Source: an uncultured Bacteroidales bacterium (GTDB lineage: Bacteria; Bacteroidota; Bacteroidia; Bacteroidales; UBA932). Taken from it: DNA of 64,000 nucleotides. The stretch is taken from assembly GCA_944326255.1 (NCBI GenBank), contig CALVDG010000003.1, positions 55,167 to 119,166 on the forward strand. Direction: 5' to 3'. The position numbers and the translations under genes are program-made. The notes beneath the pieces are model-generated. The model ran no database searches and was not told the origin of the DNA. It was given only the letters and a program-made list of their open reading frames with translations. The stretch's first letter is position 1, and each line of letters opens with the position of its first letter. Positions 59,670 through 64,000 of the stretch are shown one piece after another.

Positions 59670-59936
59670 ATGAAACACACATCACAGAAAGACAGACAGG
59701 AGTACGTCAGTGTTCTGAAATTGGCCGTCCAGCTCCCTGACGAGGAGAAGGCCCGCCTGTCGAGGGACCTGATGTCGGAGGTGAGGAGGTCCCGTCTGGA
59801 GAGACTGCAGAGGGAGGTGCTGGACACAGACCTGTCCGAGGACGAGATTCGGGCGGAGGTTGAATATGTCAGACAGACAATGTATATGGAGAGAAGAGGC
59901 GATGAGGATTATAGTGGATACAAATCTGTGGATTAG
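59670..59936 (+). CDS. Putative antitoxin of the PIN toxin
   Basis: 88 aa, charged and helical. It lies immediately upstream of the PIN gene and overlaps it by 35 nt. No family was recognised. Confidence 0.45.
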   Translation: MKHTSQKDRQEYVSVLKLAVQLPDEEKARLSRDLMSEVRRSRLERLQREVLDTDLSEDEIRAEVEYVRQTMYMERRGDEDYSGYKSVD

Positions 59937-60381
59937 CATTCTGATAAAACACAGACTGCGGAAATTGACAGCCGGGCTGTCAGACGGACAAATCACGCTT
60001 GTTGTTTGTAACGAGCTTGTGGATGAGATTATCCGCGTATTCAGACGGCCCAAATTCAGCGGTTGCTACTCGGAGGCGCAGCTGATCACTCTAAGGGCAT
60101 TTTTAGATGAGAATACCGAAAAGCATATCATCAATGGCGCGGTCATGGGATGCCGTGATCCAAAGGACGACTTTCTGCTGGAGCTGGCTGCGGTCTCCTC
60201 GGCGGACTTCCTTGTGACTGGTGACAGGGACCTTCTGGAACTCAGAGGTATCGGCGAGTGCCGCATTATCAGCCCGTCTGATTTTGACCTTCTCCTCAGA
60301 GGAATGGACGCGCCCGGGATTTTCCATGACATTGACTGCTCAGGACTTTACAGAAAATCCTTTCCCCAGCCAGAATGCTGA
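59902..60381 (+). CDS. PIN-domain toxin (PIN_3 / TIGR00305-like)
   Basis: It starts [12 protein letters not shown] (first acidic residue) and continues ...[28 protein letters not shown] (remaining acidic residues). The start is ATG 59902 within track ORF 59860..60381. Confidence 0.8.
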   Translation: MRIIVDTNLWISILIKHRLRKLTAGLSDGQITLVVCNELVDEIIRVFRRPKFSGCYSEAQLITLRAFLDENTEKHIINGAVMGCRDPKDDFLLELAAVSSADFLVTGDRDLLELRGIGECRIISPSDFDLLLRGMDAPGIFHDIDCSGLYRKSFPQPEC

Positions 60382-60449
60382 CAGCGACTGGCTGCGGACG
60401 TCAGGCTGTCAGGGACGAAATACAACAGAGTAAAAAAGCAAATCATACA

Positions 60450-61760
60450 ATGAGAGACTACAGAATATCCGTGGCCGGGACCGGCTACGTAGGGCTCAGC
60501 ATGGCGACGCTGCTGTCCCAGCACCACCACGTGACCGCGGTGGACGTCATACCCGAGAAGGTGGAGATGATAAACTCCCGCCGCTCGCCGATCCAGGACG
60601 AGTACATTGAGAAATATTTAGCGGAGAAGACCCTCGACCTGACGGCGACACTCGACGGACGCAGCGCCTACTCCGGCGCCGACTTCGTGGTCATCGCGGC
60701 CCCTACGAACTACGACCCTGTGCGCAACTACTTCGACACCTCCCACGTGGAGGAGGTCATCGACCTGGTGCTGGAGGCGAACCCCGACGCTGTGATGGTC
60801 GTCAAGTCCACGGTCCCCGTGGGCTACTGCCGCAGCCTCTACGTAAGGTACTGGAAGCGTGGCGTGAGGAGGCTGAACCTGCTCTTCTCCCCCGAGTTCC
60901 TGCGCGAGAGCAAGGCGCTTTATGACAATCTGTATCCCAGCCGCATCATCGTGGGAGTACCGAAGACGATAGACGGCCCAGGGTTTGAGGAGGAGAACGG
61001 CGCGATAGAGGCCATCGCCGACATCCCGTTCCTGGAGGAGGCCGCGCACACCTTTGCCGGACTGCTGCAGGAGGGAGCCGTAAAGCAGGACATCCCCACG
61101 CTGTTCATGGGGCTGAAGGAGGCCGAGGCCGTCAAGCTCTTCGCCAACACGTACCTCGCTCTCAGGGTGAGCTACTTCAACGAGCTGGACACCTACGCCG
61201 AGGTCAAGGGCCTGGACACCCGCGCCATCATAGACGGCGTGTGCCTCGACCCGAGGATAGGGACGCACTACAACAACCCGTCGTTCGGCTACGGCGGCTA
61301 CTGCCTCCCCAAGGACACCAAGCAGCTGCTGGCCAACTACGCCGACGTGCCCCAGAACATGATGACTGCCATCGTGGAGAGCAACCGCACGCGCAAGGAC
61401 TTCATCGCGGGCCAGGTACTGAAGATGGCCGGGGCGCACGAGTACGACGGCGGCTGGGATCCGTCAAGGGAGAGGGACGTGGTCATCGGGGTGTACCGCC
61501 TGACGATGAAGTCTGGCAGCGACAACTTCCGTCAGAGCAGCATCCAGGGCGTGATGAAGCGCATCCGGGCCAAGGGCGCCACCATCATCATCTACGAGCC
61601 TACCCTCGCGGACGGCAGCACGTTCTTCGGCAGCAGGGTCGTCAACGACCTGGAGGAGTTCAAGCGCCTCTCCAAGGCCGTCATCGCCAACCGCTACGCC
61701 CCATGCCTCGACGACATCAGGGACAAGGTCTACACCCGCGACCTCTTCTACAGAGACTGA
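60450..61760 (+). CDS. ugd: UDP-glucose 6-dehydrogenase (enterobacterial Ugd type)
   Basis: [79 protein letters not shown] and the C-terminal VYTRDLF are co-linear with E. coli Ugd as I recall it. GC3 is very high. The start is ATG 60450. Confidence 0.9.
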   Translation: MRDYRISVAGTGYVGLSMATLLSQHHHVTAVDVIPEKVEMINSRRSPIQDEYIEKYLAEKTLDLTATLDGRSAYSGADFVVIAAPTNYDPVRNYFDTSHVEEVIDLVLEANPDAVMVVKSTVPVGYCRSLYVRYWKRGVRRLNLLFSPEFLRESKALYDNLYPSRIIVGVPKTIDGPGFEEENGAIEAIADIPFLEEAAHTFAGLLQEGAVKQDIPTLFMGLKEAEAVKLFANTYLALRVSYFNELDTYAEVKGLDTRAIIDGVCLDPRIGTHYNNPSFGYGGYCLPKDTKQLLANYADVPQNMMTAIVESNRTRKDFIAGQVLKMAGAHEYDGGWDPSRERDVVIGVYRLTMKSGSDNFRQSSIQGVMKRIRAKGATIIIYEPTLADGSTFFGSRVVNDLEEFKRLSKAVIANRYAPCLDDIRDKVYTRDLFYRD

Positions 61761-61786
61761 TTGGGGGATTTTGTCAAAAAATTGTC

Positions 61787-61827
61787 AGAAGTGGTTTTTT
61801 ATTCCGCCCTGAAAGACTTACCTTTGC
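61787..61827 (+). promoter_or_regulatory. Portable promoter module, copy B
   Basis: AAGTGG lies at 61789-61794 and TACCTTTG at 61819-61826, the same 30-nt spacing. The next ATG is 20 nt downstream. Confidence 0.55.
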
Positions 61828-61845
61828 GGAAAACAGTAGAGAGCT

Positions 61846-62076
61846 ATGGCGATATTGGGGAACAGATGCGCGCCTGTCCTGACCGGTGAGTCGGCGAGGC
61901 GCTTTTTGGAGGCGATGGAAAAGGCTGACCGTTTGCCCCGCAGGGAACTGCCTGAGAACTTTTTCAGCGATATAGAGAACTGTCTGAGAAGGTCTAAGGA
62001 ACAGGCCGAAAAAGACAAATCAGAGACTGCAACCGTGGGAAGGCATGAGGAGAGCGGATATAAGACTGACAAGTGA
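61846..62076 (+). CDS. Small antitoxin-like protein upstream of the GNAT toxin remnant
   Basis: 76 aa. Its position and 32-nt overlap with the GNAT stub fit a type II TA layout. No family was recognised. Confidence 0.4.
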   Translation: MAILGNRCAPVLTGESARRFLEAMEKADRLPRRELPENFFSDIENCLRRSKEQAEKDKSETATVGRHEESGYKTDK

Positions 62077-62332
62077 CTGCACAATATCGGTCATCAGCGA
62101 CAATATTAAAATCGACTCATTCTCGTGCGGAGACAGGGAGCTGGATGAGTATTTCAAAGAACGTTCTGTCAGGTATACGTCAGAGCTGCTGTCAAAAAAT
62201 TACGCATTTGTGACTGACAGCGGAGAAATTGTCACCGCTTTCTCATACTCCAACTACTGCATCAATTCACAGCATCTGCCAGGCAATGTCAGAAACAGGC
62301 TGCGGAGAAAGATACCGAACTTGAAATTATAA
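62045..62332 (+). pseudogene. 3'-truncated GNAT-family toxin (TacT/KacT-like acetyltransferase)
   Basis: IDSFSCGDRELDEYFKERS...YAFVTDSGEIVTAFSYS...LPGNVRNRLRRKIPN matches the N-terminal ~90 aa of GNAT toxins. It stops just before the acetyl-CoA-binding (R/Q)xxGxG/A region, and the truncation coincides with the drop to AT-rich DNA. Confidence 0.55.
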
Positions 62333-62518
62333 ATAAATCTGAATTAAAGGATATACGAATGCCAAGAACTTTATAAGAATATTTCACATAGAAATGGAGG
62401 GGGAACATCAGGAAAGAAATGTACTCAACGATGATGATACCATCTTTAAGCGTCTCAGCGTATTCATCCATCCTATAACAAGGAAATAGCCATGTGCCAA
62501 ATGGTTAAAAAGTTTTAC

Positions 62519-62559
62519 AGAAGTGGTTTTTATATTTGATATTATCTTTCTACTTTTGC
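62519..62559 (+). promoter_or_regulatory. Portable promoter module, copy C
   Basis: AAGTGG lies at 62521-62526 and TACTTTTG at 62551-62558, the same 30-nt spacing. Extra TATATTTG boxes lie at 62531-62538 and 62570-62577. The HNH ATG is at 62597. Confidence 0.55.
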
Positions 62560-62596
62560 AACAAGTAACTATATTTGTTGGATAAAAGGAATAGAT

Positions 62597-62956
62597 ATGT
62601 TCACAGAACAGATTATACAGAAAGTATGGGAGAAAGCAACGATAGTCAAAGGATATAACGCAGCAACGATACGTAAAGACAGTTGTGGCGCATGGATTAT
62701 ACGCTCAGACTATGGTAATGTAAATTCCATCTACGGATGGGAGATTGATCATATTTATCCAACAGAAAAAGGAGGTAAGGACGATTTTGATAACTTGCGT
62801 GCTCTCCAATGGGAGAACAACAGGTCTAAGAAAGATGACTATCCTTATTATTCTGCCAGTGTTCAGGCTGAGGGAAGCGCGAATGTACATAGGGAAAGGC
62901 AATTATCAATCAATCAGCAGGTTCAGGACAGATTACGCGTAATATATAATTTATGA
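62597..62956 (+). CDS. Minimal stand-alone HNH (beta-beta-alpha-Me) nuclease
   Basis: 119 aa. GWEIDHIYPTEKGGKDDFDNLRALQWENNRSKKDD is an H-N-N variant of the HNH motif, like the Cas9/McrA-type HNH domains. Confidence 0.8.
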   Translation: MFTEQIIQKVWEKATIVKGYNAATIRKDSCGAWIIRSDYGNVNSIYGWEIDHIYPTEKGGKDDFDNLRALQWENNRSKKDDYPYYSASVQAEGSANVHRERQLSINQQVQDRLRVIYNL

Positions 62957-64000
62957 GAATCACTCATTTGGGCATAAAGAAACTTTTTAATGATTTTGAT
63001 TACGATTTCAATATAGAAGGTAATCAGAATGTTTTTATACTGACCGGGCCTAACGGATATGGAAAAACGACTATATTGGATATTGTTAAACAGCTGTCAG
63101 AAAAGAACCTGGACTATTTCTATCAACTTCCATTTTCTGAAATTAATATAGAATTTGACAATGACAATGCAATATCTGTAATTTCTAAAGACCTTGAAGA
63201 TGAAAATGAGACAACGGATACCGAAATCGTAAAAGAACGCAAATTAAGCCTTATTTGGAGTCAAAAAGGAGAAAATATATCATCTTTGGACTTTAATGGT
63301 CAGACATTGAAAAACGCGCATAATGTTATTGATAGATATTCCTACCGCGGACTCGCAAATACCGCTTTCGACTATCTTGCAGAAGAGCAGCATGTCGGTC
63401 AATTATCATTGTTTATAAGCGGTTTATCTGTTTATATGCTTCCGTCAAGCCGACTGTCAAGTGTGGAATTCGATGAAGAACAGCACATGGAAATTACAAT
63501 ACTGACTATTAAAGAAGTATCCGACAAATTAAAACATCTGCTAAACAGTTATTATCTTAAGTACCTTAAAACAGTAAACAACAGCAACAGCGGTATATTC
63601 GACAAATTGCTTCAAACCCAGACATCTATCACGGAAGATGAGTATAAAGAGATATCATCGAGATTGTCTCAAGAACTTAGGCAACTGCATGACTGGGGGT
63701 TGTCCACAGAAAAGAGTATCCGTCCTTATTCAGAGGAACACAAAGATATACTGACGGTTTATATCCATGAATTGGAAAATAATTTAAGTATCTATCATGG
63801 GTTATACAGCCGACTTTTGCTATTTAGGGAGATTCTCAATAGTAAACATTTTACAAATAAAACCATTTTATTCAGTCCGACGGAGGGGTTGATTGCAAGA
63901 AGAAAGGACGGCAGCAAACTCGATTTAAGCAAACTCTCAAGTGGCGAGCAACATGAGGTTATTATGTTGTATCATTCTATATTTGAGGCAGGAAAGAAAT
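62953..64000 (+). CDS. ABC/SMC-type (AAA_15/AAA_21-like) ATPase with a long helical insert; runs off the window end
   Basis: Not in the ORF track because it has no stop. I translated 349 codons without a stop: MRITHLGIKKLFNDFDYDFNIEGNQNVFILTGPNGYGKTTILD (Walker A), then ~290 aa of helical insert, then LDLSKLSSGEQHEVIMLY (ABC signature). Its ATG overlaps the HNH TGA (ATGA). Confidence 0.8.
   Translation, partial: MRITHLGIKKLFNDFDYDFNIEGNQNVFILTGPNGYGKTTILDIVKQLSEKNLDYFYQLPFSEINIEFDNDNAISVISKDLEDENETTDTEIVKERKLSLIWSQKGENISSLDFNGQTLKNAHNVIDRYSYRGLANTAFDYLAEEQHVGQLSLFISGLSVYMLPSSRLSSVEFDEEQHMEITILTIKEVSDKLKHLLNSYYLKYLKTVNNSNSGIFDKLLQTQTSITEDEYKEISSRLSQELRQLHDWGLSTEKSIRPYSEEHKDILTVYIHELENNLSIYHGLYSRLLLFREILNSKHFTNKTILFSPTEGLIARRKDGSKLDLSKLSSGEQHEVIMLYHSIFEAGKK

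Noticed and set aside
60377-60412. Hairpin CTGACAGC...GCTGTCAG spanning the PIN stop codon and the spacer before ugd, considered as a possible terminator or recombination junction.
   Set aside because: It is short (8+3 bp), lacks a T-run and has no second copy in the window. I mention it under the PIN finding only.
62289-62471. 60-aa minus-strand ORF at the left edge of the AT-rich island.
   Set aside because: Its 3' part is antisense to the GNAT stub. The rest is short and hydrophobic with low complexity, with no start context or promoter box. It could be a gene fragment but cannot be supported.
58359-64000. The idea that the integrase remnant plus successive small cassettes form an integron-like array.
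   Set aside because: The recombinase stub is a Bacteroides phage-type integrase with an Arm-binding N-terminus, not an IntI. The cassettes carry their own promoters and I see no attC-like imperfect palindromes at cassette boundaries.
1-64000. A scan of the whole window for CRISPR arrays, rRNA genes, additional tRNAs, intact IS elements or transposases, and prophage structural genes.
   Set aside because: I saw no regularly spaced direct repeats, no rRNA-like conserved stretches, only one cloverleaf (35040-35112), and no transposase or capsid/terminase-like ORFs in the six-frame track.

Overview
The window reads as a Bacteroidales (Bacteroidota) chromosomal segment. Evidence: many genes are preceded by the Bacteroides-type -7 promoter box TAnnTTTG, sigma-A is the short 286-aa form, NusB is the long form, and the nusB-yajC-ybbR-coaE and dnaN-exonuclease clusters are typical of the group. 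About 90% of the window (1-58.3 kb) is densely packed housekeeping DNA. It contains: a 4-gene 5'-methylthioadenosine salvage operon (deaminase, PNP-family phosphorylase, MtnA, HAD phosphatase); an ADP-forming acyl-CoA synthetase next to a 4-subunit 2-oxoacid:ferredoxin oxidoreductase; a thioesterase-umuD-umuC operon; rny; zapA; an omega-amidase plus transporter pair; Tex; a ClC channel; YgiQ; argS; dcp; rpoD; htrA; dnaN; tRNA-Thr(CGU); an FtsX-type permease; an HD/UDG fusion; rmuC; glnS; yicC; rimO; coaE; yajC; nusB; two M16 peptidases; and a wbpB-wbpE-wbpD sugar-nucleotide operon. I propose three RNA or structural elements: a ~195-nt rod-shaped RNA between zapA and rny (candidate 6S RNA), a 105-nt three-way-junction leader upstream of the umuDC operon, and an 87-bp near-perfect palindrome downstream of the permease gene. 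The last ~5.6 kb (58.4-64.0 kb) is an accessory mosaic: a decayed tyrosine integrase; a GC3-rich gene stub; a PIN toxin-antitoxin pair; a GC3-rich E. coli-type ugd; an antitoxin-like ORF with a truncated GNAT toxin; and an AT-rich island. That island encodes a minimal HNH nuclease translationally coupled to a coiled-coil ABC/SMC-type ATPase that runs off the window end. It is the best candidate for a novel or variant defence system. Three cassettes in the mosaic are each headed by the same ~40-bp promoter module. No CRISPR arrays, rRNA genes or intact transposases were seen. The many long ORFs antisense to real genes are codon-bias artefacts.
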